Assembly (NCBI GenBank): GCA_035296805.1 | Contig: DATHAE010000134.1 | Span: 1 to 47,739, forward strand | Direction of reading: 5' to 3' | DNA: 47,739 nt | Origin: Gaiellaceae bacterium | GTDB taxonomy: Bacteria; Actinomycetota; Thermoleophilia; Gaiellales; Gaiellaceae | Part shown: piece after piece, positions 8,085 to 15,217 of the stretch | How the letters are laid out: every line of letters starts with the position of its first letter | Numbering within the stretch: position 1 is the first letter of the stretch | Position numbers and translations under genes: made by a program | Notes under the pieces: model-generated | The model's input: the letters and a program-made list of their open reading frames with translations, nothing else | Database searches by the model: none | Told to the model about the DNA's origin: nothing

Positions 8085-9829
8085 CTCGGCAGCACCGACG
8101 CGGACAAGCCCGGCACCAACCCTCGTCCGGGTGCCGCGCGGACGCGGTAGACGGACCCGGCCGCGTTGGCGACGGCGAGCGAGAACGAGCCCGAGGTGTC
8201 GGTCACGCCGGAGGCGACGGTCCTCCACGTGGTGCCGGTCTGCCGCTGGAGCTGCACCGCCGCGCGCGGGAGCGCGGGCCGGATGTTGCCGGTCACCGAC
8301 CCTGCACCGAGCTGCGCGGTCACACGCGGGGCGACGCCGACCTTCACGACCGCAGCGCGGACGGCGGCGGTCGCGAGCCTGTACTCGGTCGTCACCCGAG
8401 GCCTGACGATCGCAGCGAACGAGCCGTTCGCGGCGGGCGCGACGGCGCGGACCGTCTGCCACAGCCCTCCGACGGGGCGCGCCTCGAGCATCGCCGCGCC
8501 GACGCTGCGCGCGATGCCCTTGACCGAGCCGGCGCCGCCGTAGGTGACGGGCGCCTTCGGCGGCGCGAGCGACAGCCAGCCGACGGTGAACCACGTCGAG
8601 TCCAGCCCGAGCAGGGTCCGGAGCTGCGAGCCGGTGAACGACCTCTCGCCGAGCGGCGTCACGGCCGCGACGCGCTGCACGCGCGCGGACGGGCCGAGCG
8701 TCGTGCGCAGGTCGAGCACCGCCGGCACGCTCAGGCGCTTCGCGACCTGCGCCGCGTCGAACACGACCGGGCCCCAGTTGTGATGGGGCGAGGCGTCGTC
8801 GAAGGGGTCCGGGACCGAGACGAGGTACGGGATCGAGCGACCGGTCGCCTCGAGCGCGGAGGCGGTCCGGCCGCCCGAGGTCGAGAAGAAGTACGTCGTG
8901 GCGACCTTGCCGTCGTACAGCACGACCTCGCCCGCGGTCGCGTCGATCGCGGCGCTCGCCGACGCGGCCTCGGCCGCCATCCCGCCGTAGACCTGGCTGC
9001 GCACGTCGCTGTAGAGGTCGTACGTGCGGCCCTTCGCCAGGTTGGCGAGCGCGTACGACCGCGCCGCGACCGCCTGCGCCTTCAGTGCCTCGGGCGGCCA
9101 CGCCGACGGCATCTCGGACGGGACGACTCCCTTCAGGTACGCCTCGACGGCGAGCGAGTTCACGACCACGAGCTTCCTGTTCTCGACGGAGACGACGAGG
9201 TTGCCGCGGTACTGCTTGCCGCCGACGGTGAGGACGCCGGCGACCGGCGAGAACGTCACCGGCGGCGCGAGCGTCAGGTTCTTGTACTTCAGTGCCGTGG
9301 TGAGCGGGATCTTCGCGGCGGGGAGGTCGACGGTCACGCCGTCTGCGCCCGTGGCGCGCCACGCCTTCGTTGAGCCGAGCACCAACGTCTTCGCGCCCTC
9401 GAGCAGGAGGACGCGGACGCGCGCGACCGGCGCGGGCCCGAGCTTCGTGGAACGGTAGTAGTGGGCGAGGATCCGGTCGTACGTCCAGCCGTGCTGCGCG
9501 AATCCGTTGGCGCCCCACTGGCTCATCCCGAGGCCGTGGCCCCAGCCGTGCCCGCTGAGGACGATCGCGGTGCGCGCGGCGACGGTCGCGGTGGTCGTCG
9601 TCGTTGTCGTGGTGCCGGTGGTCGTCGTAGTGGTGGCGGTTGTCGTCCTCGCGGTCGCCGTCGTCGCCGGCCTCGTCGTCGCGACGGTCGTCGTCCCCGT
9701 CGTTCCCGTCGTCGTCGTCGTCGACGTCGTCGCGCCGGCCCCCGCCGGGGTCGTCGCGAGGAACGCGGAGGCGGCGCCTGCGAGCGCGAGCGCGGCGGCG
9801 GCCGCTGCGAGCAGGGCACGCGTCAGCAC
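8081..9829 (-). CDS. SpoIID/LytB-domain protein (cell-wall glycan-strand processing family), secreted, with a Thr-rich N-terminal linker
   Basis: ORF 8081..10918 trimmed to GTG 9829 (VLTRALLAAAAAALALAGAASA, a signal peptide). SpoIID-type motifs are YLKGVVPSEMP, EALKAQAVAARSYAL, YFFSTSGGRTAS and PHHNWGP. The C-terminal ~170 aa are unassigned. Confidence 0.85.
   Translation of the reverse strand: MLTRALLAAAAAALALAGAASAFLATTPAGAGATTSTTTTTGTTGTTTVATTRPATTATARTTTATTTTTTGTTTTTTTTATVAARTAIVLSGHGWGHGLGMSQWGANGFAQHGWTYDRILAHYYRSTKLGPAPVARVRVLLLEGAKTLVLGSTKAWRATGADGVTVDLPAAKIPLTTALKYKNLTLAPPVTFSPVAGVLTVGGKQYRGNLVVSVENRKLVVVNSLAVEAYLKGVVPSEMPSAWPPEALKAQAVAARSYALANLAKGRTYDLYSDVRSQVYGGMAAEAASASAAIDATAGEVVLYDGKVATTYFFSTSGGRTASALEATGRSIPYLVSVPDPFDDASPHHNWGPVVFDAAQVAKRLSVPAVLDLRTTLGPSARVQRVAAVTPLGERSFTGSQLRTLLGLDSTWFTVGWLSLAPPKAPVTYGGAGSVKGIARSVGAAMLEARPVGGLWQTVRAVAPAANGSFAAIVRPRVTTEYRLATAAVRAAVVKVGVAPRVTAQLGAGSVTGNIRPALPRAAVQLQRQTGTTWRTVASGVTDTSGSFSLAVANAAGSVYRVRAAPGRGLVPGLSASVLPR
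9584..9730 (-). repeat. Low-complexity Thr-codon tract (about 49 codons, mostly ACN) inside the SpoIID-like gene
   Basis: Translates to TTSTTTTTGTTGTTTVATTRPATTATARTTTATTTTTTGTTTTTTTTAT. On the + strand it appears as runs of GTC/GTG/GGT triplets. Confidence 0.8.
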
Positions 9830-9846
9830 CGGGCCAAGGTAGCGAA

Positions 9847-9874
9847 AGGCCGCTACGACCGTTTTTCGCGGCCT
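9847..9874. promoter_or_regulatory. 7-bp perfect inverted repeat (AGGCCGC-N14-GCGGCCT) in the 66-nt divergent spoIID-like / kinase intergenic region
   Basis: Read directly: 9847-9853 aggccgc pairs with 9868-9874 gcggcct, and the loop contains gttttt. Its position between two divergent start codons (9829 and 9896) suggests an operator or 5'-UTR structure. Confidence 0.3.
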
Positions 9875-9895
9875 GGAACCGGCTACCGTCCCCGC

Positions 9896-11356
9896 GTGCT
9901 CCCCGACCGGTACACCGACGTCGAGCCGATCGCGAAGGGCGGCATGGGCGAGGTCTTCCGCGCGCGCGACACCGAGCTCGGGCGGCAGGTGGCGGTGAAG
10001 GTGCTGTTCGCGAACTTCGCGCGCGACGACGCGCTGCGGCAGCGGTTCCAGCGCGAGGCCCTGGCAGCGGCAAGGCTCTCGGGCGAGCCCAACATCGTCA
10101 CGATCTTCGACGTCGGCGAGTACGACTCGCGCCCGTTCATCGTCATGGAGTACCTCCGCGGCGGGTCGCTGGCGGATCGCGCACGCGGCGCGCCGACGCC
10201 GCCCGCGCAGGTGCTCGAATGGCTCTCCGATGCCGCCTCTGCGCTCGACGCGGCGCATGCCGCCGGAGTCGTGCACCGCGACGTCAAGCCGGCGAACCTG
10301 CTCCTCGACGATCGGGGGCACGTACGGGTCGCGGACTTCGGGATCGCAAGCGCCGCCGGGCTCGACTCGTTCACGCAGACGGGGACGGTGCTCGGCACCG
10401 CCGGCTACCTCGCGCCCGAGCAGGCGCGGGGCGAGCGCGCGACGGCGGCGACCGATCTCTACGCGCTCGGGGTCGTCGCGTTCGAGCTGCTGACGGGCCG
10501 CCGCCCCTTCCGGGCCGACACGGCGACCGCGGAGGCCGCGGCGCACATCCACGCGCCGGTGCCGTCGCTGCACGAGGCGAACCCGTCGCTGCCGCCCGAG
10601 CTCGACCCCGTCTTCGCGCGCGCCCTCGCCAAGGACCCGGCTGCGCGTTACGCGAGCTCGGCCGAGTTCGTCGCCGACCTTCGGGGTGCGCTGGACGACG
10701 CGGCGGGCGCGACGAGCGTTCTCGCGGCGGCGCCGACGCGCCCACTGACGGCGCCGACGCGACGCGACGCACCGGACGAACGGCGCGTCGCGCGAGGCGG
10801 GCGCCGGTGGTTGATCCCGGCCCTGCTGGCCTTGATGATCGCCGGCGGCATCCTGGCCGCGGTGCTTGCGACCCGCGACGGCGACAACACCGCGGCGACG
10901 ACGGCCGCAACGACCCACCCACCGGCGACGACGTTCGTCAAGACGGTCACCCAGCCGGGCACGACGCTCGAGCGGACGGTCACGGCGCAGCCTCCACCGC
11001 CGCCGACGACCCAGGCCGAGCCGACGACGACCGAAGCGACGACGACCGAAGCGACGACGACGAACGAGACCGCACCCGCCGGTCAGAGCGGGTCCGACCT
11101 CAACGACGCGGGGTTCGCGAGCATGCAGGCGGGCGACTACGAATCGGCGCTACCGCTCCTCGAGCAGGCCGTCACAAAGCTCCAGGGGACGGGTTCGCTG
11201 ACGGAGGCATACGCCGACTACAACCTCGCCTACACGCGGTACGCGCTCGGCAGCTGCGAAGGCGTCGAGGACCTGCTGAAGAACTCGGAGCGCATCCAGG
11301 GTCACCGCGAGGAGATCAAGGACCTCCAACGGCAGGCGCACAAGACTTGCAAATGA
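9896..11356 (+). CDS. Hanks-type Ser/Thr protein kinase, single-pass membrane protein with a Thr/Pro-rich linker and small Cys-containing TPR-like ectodomain
   Basis: ORF 9461..11356 trimmed to GTG 9896 (VLPDRYTDVEPIAKGGMGEVFRA). Motifs are VAVK, HRDVKPANLLL, DFG and GTAGYLAPE. A TM segment (WLIPALLALMIAGGILAAVLA) follows, with no PASTA repeats. Confidence 0.9.
   Translation: MLPDRYTDVEPIAKGGMGEVFRARDTELGRQVAVKVLFANFARDDALRQRFQREALAAARLSGEPNIVTIFDVGEYDSRPFIVMEYLRGGSLADRARGAPTPPAQVLEWLSDAASALDAAHAAGVVHRDVKPANLLLDDRGHVRVADFGIASAAGLDSFTQTGTVLGTAGYLAPEQARGERATAATDLYALGVVAFELLTGRRPFRADTATAEAAAHIHAPVPSLHEANPSLPPELDPVFARALAKDPAARYASSAEFVADLRGALDDAAGATSVLAAAPTRPLTAPTRRDAPDERRVARGGRRWLIPALLALMIAGGILAAVLATRDGDNTAATTAATTHPPATTFVKTVTQPGTTLERTVTAQPPPPPTTQAEPTTTEATTTEATTTNETAPAGQSGSDLNDAGFASMQAGDYESALPLLEQAVTKLQGTGSLTEAYADYNLAYTRYALGSCEGVEDLLKNSERIQGHREEIKDLQRQAHKTCK
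10880..11075 (+). repeat. Thr/Pro-rich low-complexity tract including a direct TTTEA-TTTEA codon repeat
   Basis: Translates to NTAATTAATTHPPATT...PPPPPTTQAEPTTTEATTTEATTTNET. The 15-nt unit acgacgaccgaagcg occurs twice in tandem near 11030-11060. Confidence 0.7.
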
Positions 11357-11357
11357 G

Positions 11358-11380
11358 GGCGACCGCACTTGTGCGTCGCC
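11358..11380 (+). terminator. GC-rich hairpin immediately after the kinase stop codon (terminator-like, no U tract)
   Basis: Sequence ggcgaccgca-cttg-tgcgtcgcc. It forms a 6 bp + 3 bp stem with one bulged C and starts 2 nt after TGA 11354-11356. It lies in a 162-nt convergent intergenic region. Confidence 0.4.
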
Positions 11381-11518
11381 GCCAGCAGACGATCGCCACA
11401 CTCACTGGTCGCAGAACTGATCGCCGAGATCGGCAACCTGACGAACGCAGGGGCAGAACTCGCGCCGGGTCTTTGCCCACCACGCGACGTGCGCGGGATG
11501 AGACGCGGGTCCGCCCGG

Positions 11519-12511
11519 CTACGCGCCGAGTCGAGCCGCGTACTGCTGCTCGTAGTACGCGCGGTAGTCGCCCGACTTGATCGGCTCCCACCACTCCCGG
11601 TTTGCGCGGTACCACTCGACCGTCGCGGCGAGGCCGCCCGCGTCGAACGAATGCTTCGGCGACCACCCGAGCGCGCGCAGCTTGGAGGAGTCGACGGCGT
11701 AGCGGCGGTCGTGGCCCGGGCGGTCGGCGACGTGGCGGACGAGGTCGGGCGAGCCGCCCGTGAGGTCGAGGATCCGGCGGACGACCTCCATGTTCTCCCG
11801 CTCCTGGCCGCCGACGTTGTAGACCTCGCCGGCGCGGCCCTCGCGCAACGCGAGCTCGATCCCGGCGCAGTGGTCCTCGACGTGCAGCCATTCCCGGCGC
11901 TGGCGGCCGTCGCCGTAGACGGGGAGATGCTCGCCGTCGAGCGCGTTCGTGATGAAGAGCGGTAGGAACTTCTCCGGGTACTGGCGCGGCCCGTACGTGT
12001 TCGCGCCGCGCGTGATCAATGCGTCGACGCCGTAGGTGCGTACGTAGGCGAGCACCTGCAGGTCGCCGCCCGCCTTCGACGCCGAGTACGGGCTCGACGC
12101 CCGCAGCGGCGACTCCTCCGTCGCCGCCGGCGCGTTCGGCGCGATGTCGCCGTAGACCTCGTCGGTCGAGACCTGGAGATGACGCAGTCCGTGGTGGCGC
12201 GCGTGGTCGAGCAGGACCTGCGTACCGAGGACGTCGGTGAGGATGAAGTCGGCCGGCCCGAGGATCGAGCGGTCGACGTGCGTCTCCGCCGCGAAGTTGA
12301 CGATCGCGTCGCATCCGGCCGCGGCCTCCGCGACGACGTCGGCGTCCGCGATGTCGCCACGGCGGAACTCGTGCTCCACGGCGTCGAGGTTCGCCTGGTT
12401 GCCCGCGTACGTGAGCTTGTCGAGGACGACGACCTCGTCGCCCGCCGCCGCGAGCCGCCGGACGAAGTGCGAGCCGATGAATCCGGCCCCGCCGGTGACG
12501 AGCACACGCAT
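11519..12511 (-). CDS. rfbB: dTDP-glucose 4,6-dehydratase
   Basis: ORF 11519..12736 trimmed to ATG 12511 (MRVLVTGGAGFIGSHFV). Motifs are VSTDEVYG, YSASKA (YxxxK) and the conserved RmlB C-terminus (WYRANREWWEPIKSG). Confidence 0.93.
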   Translation of the reverse strand: MRVLVTGGAGFIGSHFVRRLAAAGDEVVVLDKLTYAGNQANLDAVEHEFRRGDIADADVVAEAAAGCDAIVNFAAETHVDRSILGPADFILTDVLGTQVLLDHARHHGLRHLQVSTDEVYGDIAPNAPAATEESPLRASSPYSASKAGGDLQVLAYVRTYGVDALITRGANTYGPRQYPEKFLPLFITNALDGEHLPVYGDGRQRREWLHVEDHCAGIELALREGRAGEVYNVGGQERENMEVVRRILDLTGGSPDLVRHVADRPGHDRRYAVDSSKLRALGWSPKHSFDAGGLAATVEWYRANREWWEPIKSGDYRAYYEQQYAARLGA

Positions 12512-12526
12512 CGGGGACAGGCTACC

Positions 12527-12883
12527 GTGGCGCGCGTGGCGCTTCTCCGAGGGCACCGCAAGCGGCAGCTCGTAACGGCCGCGGTCGCGGCGGCCGCGGT
12601 CGCGCTCTTCGTACTGCAGTGGGCGCAGGCGCCGCGCGTCCAGGCGAGCCCTGCGGCGACGCGGCAGCTCCCGACCGTCCGGGGCGAGCTCTACCTCGGG
12701 GAGACTTTCGAAGGGCTCGCCCTGCGCCGCGTGCACCCGTTCCTCTACAGCACGTGCGAGCCCGGGAAGCGCAAGACGATGCCCGTGCGCTGCGAATGGG
12801 TGCGGGTCGACGGCGGCCGCGTCTCCGGCGGCGACCCGCAGCAGGTCGCGCGGGCGCGCGCATCACTGCGCCCGGTGGACTGA
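12527..12883 (+). CDS. Hypothetical membrane-anchored protein (118 aa), possibly the 5' part of an interrupted gene
   Basis: Tail of ORF 12179..12883 trimmed to GTG 12527. It has one hydrophobic segment (VTAAVAAAAVALFVLQW). Third codon positions are strongly G/C, consistent with coding. It ends at TGA 12881-12883, after which the same frame continues to look coding. Confidence 0.45.
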   Translation: MARVALLRGHRKRQLVTAAVAAAAVALFVLQWAQAPRVQASPAATRQLPTVRGELYLGETFEGLALRRVHPFLYSTCEPGKRKTMPVRCEWVRVDGGRVSGGDPQQVARARASLRPVD

Positions 12884-12928
12884 CGGCAGCCTGGCCGGAA
12901 GGACGCGTGCCGACGCCCAATCGGCGCG

Positions 12929-13051
12929 GTGACGGCGGCTTGGGAGGCGGCGCTCGACGCCCCCGACGGGCCGGACCAGACGAACACCGTCCTCGTCTGC
13001 GAGGGCGAGCGGTGGCTCGCGGAGGTGCTCGGCGACACCGGGACGGGATGA
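12929..13051 (+). CDS. Possible 40-aa ORF, or the 3' continuation of 12527..12883 across an in-frame TGA
   Basis: Below the ORF-track size cut-off. My translation is VTAAWEAALDAPDGPDQTNTVLVCEGERWLAEVLGDTGTG*. It is in the same frame as the preceding ORF and nearly all third positions are G/C. Confidence 0.3.
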   Translation: MTAAWEAALDAPDGPDQTNTVLVCEGERWLAEVLGDTGTG

Positions 13052-13060
13052 CACGCCGCC

Positions 13061-14083
13061 TCAGCCTTGGCGCGCGCGGAGCCAGCGATCCTCGGCCGCG
13101 TAGTCGAAGAACGGCGCGAACTCGTCGTCGAGGCGCGTCGGATCGCCTTCGCGCGCGAGCGACACGAGCCACTCGACCTCGTCCGCGACCGTGGCCGCGT
13201 AGTCGCCTGCGGCGACGTATCCGACAGCGCGCGCAGCGCTCGTGTCCAGCACGATCGGGTGTCGCCTGTCCCACGGGTGGCGGCCGAGCGACTCGTCTTC
13301 TCGCTCGTCGAGCGGCACCTCCTCCCAGTCGTGGTCGAGCAGCCGCGCGATCGTGCGCGCGATCTCGAGCCCGCTCGGCGCGTCGGGGTCGGCGCTGTTG
13401 ACGATTCGCGGCCCTGGTCTCGCAGCGAGCACCTCGACGAGCGCGGCGATGTTCGCCGCCGCCGTCGGGTGGTCGACGCCGACGCCGCGGCGGGCGAGGA
13501 ACACGGCGGGGCGGCGGTCGAGGACGCGCTTGACGAAGACCCACTCGCGCGGCGTGACCGCGCCGCGCCCGTGGACCTTCGACGGCCGGAGGACGCTCAC
13601 CGGAAGGCCGCTGTCGAGCAGCACCCGCTCGGCCGCGACCTTGTTCGCCCCGTACCCCTCGCGCGTCGCGTAGTCGCCGTCGCCGGGCGCCATCGTCGGC
13701 TGCGTCTCGCGGATCGGCCCGTCGAACCGCGGCGGGACGTCCGAGTTGGAGTGGTTGCCGGCGCCGTCGACGTAGACGGCCTTGCTCGAGACCATCACCG
13801 TGGAGCCCGCCTCGCGCGCGAGCGGCAGCAGCCGCGTCGCGTCAGCGGCCGTGTAGCAGATGCAGTCGAGGAGCAGGTCGGCGCCGGCGCCCAGCGCCGC
13901 GGCGAGCTGACCGGAGTCGGCGCGGTCCGCGGCGACGAATCTCGCTCCCGCAGTCGCGGCGTCGGCCGGCATCCGCGCGGCGTCGCGCCCCGTCAGATCG
14001 ACGTCCCAGCCCGCGGCGAGCAGGCGCCGCGCGGTTGCGAGGCCGATCTGGCCGGTGCCGCCGAGGACGAGGGCGCGGGACAC
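13061..14083 (-). CDS. NAD-dependent epimerase/dehydratase family protein (extended SDR)
   Basis: ORF 13061..14428 trimmed to GTG 14083 (VSRALVLGGTGQIGLATARRLLAAGWDV, a Rossmann motif). A YGANK (YxxxK-like) motif is present. Confidence 0.8.
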   Translation of the reverse strand: MSRALVLGGTGQIGLATARRLLAAGWDVDLTGRDAARMPADAATAGARFVAADRADSGQLAAALGAGADLLLDCICYTAADATRLLPLAREAGSTVMVSSKAVYVDGAGNHSNSDVPPRFDGPIRETQPTMAPGDGDYATREGYGANKVAAERVLLDSGLPVSVLRPSKVHGRGAVTPREWVFVKRVLDRRPAVFLARRGVGVDHPTAAANIAALVEVLAARPGPRIVNSADPDAPSGLEIARTIARLLDHDWEEVPLDEREDESLGRHPWDRRHPIVLDTSAARAVGYVAAGDYAATVADEVEWLVSLAREGDPTRLDDEFAPFFDYAAEDRWLRARQG

Positions 14084-14134
14084 GCGGCGGAACCTAGCTG
14101 CGCGGGCGCGCTGCGATGATGGCGGCGCCGAGCG

Positions 14135-15217
14135 ATGACGAACCTCAGAGATCTCCTCGAGCTCCTGTACCTGGCGCGGACGCGGTGGAAGACGGCGCGC
14201 TTCGCGATGGACGACTGGACGCACCTCGATCGCCAGCAGGACGCGTACGAGCGCTCGCTCGGGCTCGAGGGATCCTCGCCGCCGCACTCCTACGGGGAGA
14301 TTGCGGGCGCCTCGCGCACCTGGATCGCCGCCGACGGACGATTCCGGCAGGAGCGCGAGCGCATGACGCTCGTGTACGACGGCACGCGGACGTGGATCGC
14401 GACCCCCGAGAGCGGCGTCGTCGAGCACGAGTCGCGGACGACGCGGCCGATCGGCGAGGAGTTCCTCGACTCGGCGGTGTTCCTCCCGGGGTTCGACCTT
14501 CGCATCGCGGGAGAGGCAAAGGCGGCGGGACGGCGGGCGCTCGCGGTCGACGCGACGCCGCGGCCGCGGGGCCCGGGTCCGGTCGAGCTCTTTCCCTACG
14601 GCGCGGACGCGCTCTCACTCGCCGTCGACCGCGAGCTCGGCGTGATCCTCCGCTTCGAGGCGAGCGCCGCGGCCGAGCCGATCCGCCGGCTCGAGGTGAC
14701 CGAGATCGCGTTCGACGAGCCGCTCGGCGACGGGCTCTTTGCCGCCCCCGCCGGTGACGTCCGCTCCGCCGACGAGGCGTACCCGGTGCGTCACGTCACG
14801 CTCGAGCAGGCGGCGCGCGACACGTCGTTCCAGCTCTGGGCGCCCGCGCACCTCGCGGGCCGCTGGCACCTGAACGTGATCCACCGGCCGGAGACAACGG
14901 GCCCGTGGGTGCCCGAGAGCGTGATCCTGATGCTGTACGACAGCGAGTCGCTCCACGACTTCGTCGTCGAGCAGGCGGGCGAGCCACTGCTCGGGTGGCG
15001 CACCGGCGAGGAGGAGCGGACGGTCGAGGTCGACGGCGTCCAGCTCCGCGTGATCGGCGGGAACCGCCTGCCGGGACCGCCGCTCGAGGTGCAGCTCGTC
15101 CGCGGCGGTACGCACATCCGCGTCTACTCGCACAACCTCGACGAGGACGCGCTCGTCGAGCTTGCCACCGCGCTCGAGCCGGCCCCGACGGAGGGGCCAC
15201 CGCTCACCGACCGCTGA
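14135..15217 (+). CDS. Hypothetical protein; N-terminal half LolA/RseB-like, C-terminal half resembles DUF4367-type domains (assignment tentative)
   Basis: ORF track 14135..15217, 360 aa, with coding-like composition and no signal peptide. The domain calls come from remembered sequence patterns only. Confidence 0.6.
   Translation: MTNLRDLLELLYLARTRWKTARFAMDDWTHLDRQQDAYERSLGLEGSSPPHSYGEIAGASRTWIAADGRFRQERERMTLVYDGTRTWIATPESGVVEHESRTTRPIGEEFLDSAVFLPGFDLRIAGEAKAAGRRALAVDATPRPRGPGPVELFPYGADALSLAVDRELGVILRFEASAAAEPIRRLEVTEIAFDEPLGDGLFAAPAGDVRSADEAYPVRHVTLEQAARDTSFQLWAPAHLAGRWHLNVIHRPETTGPWVPESVILMLYDSESLHDFVVEQAGEPLLGWRTGEEERTVEVDGVQLRVIGGNRLPGPPLEVQLVRGGTHIRVYSHNLDEDALVELATALEPAPTEGPPLTDR

Noticed and set aside
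9584-9730. Repetitive triplet tracts as a CRISPR array or tandem non-coding repeat.
   Set aside because: The repeats are irregular ACN codon runs inside open reading frames and encode Thr-rich linkers. There is no repeat-spacer periodicity and there are no cas genes.
8085-10918. Upstream extensions of the giant ORFs 6480..10073 (1197 aa) and 8081..10918 (945 aa).
   Set aside because: The family-recognisable parts begin at signal peptides with good starts (ATG 8084, GTG 9829). The extensions are Arg/Asp/Gly-rich junk that would run antisense through the neighbouring gene or the kinase gene.
12881-12912. The in-frame TGA at 12881 as a selenocysteine codon with a downstream SECIS hairpin.
   Set aside because: Only a 5-bp stem (12884-12888 / 12908-12912) with an unpaired interior follows the TGA. 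The context has no redox-type Cys/Sec motif, and no selenoprotein machinery is evident in the window. It is kept only as an interrupted-ORF observation.
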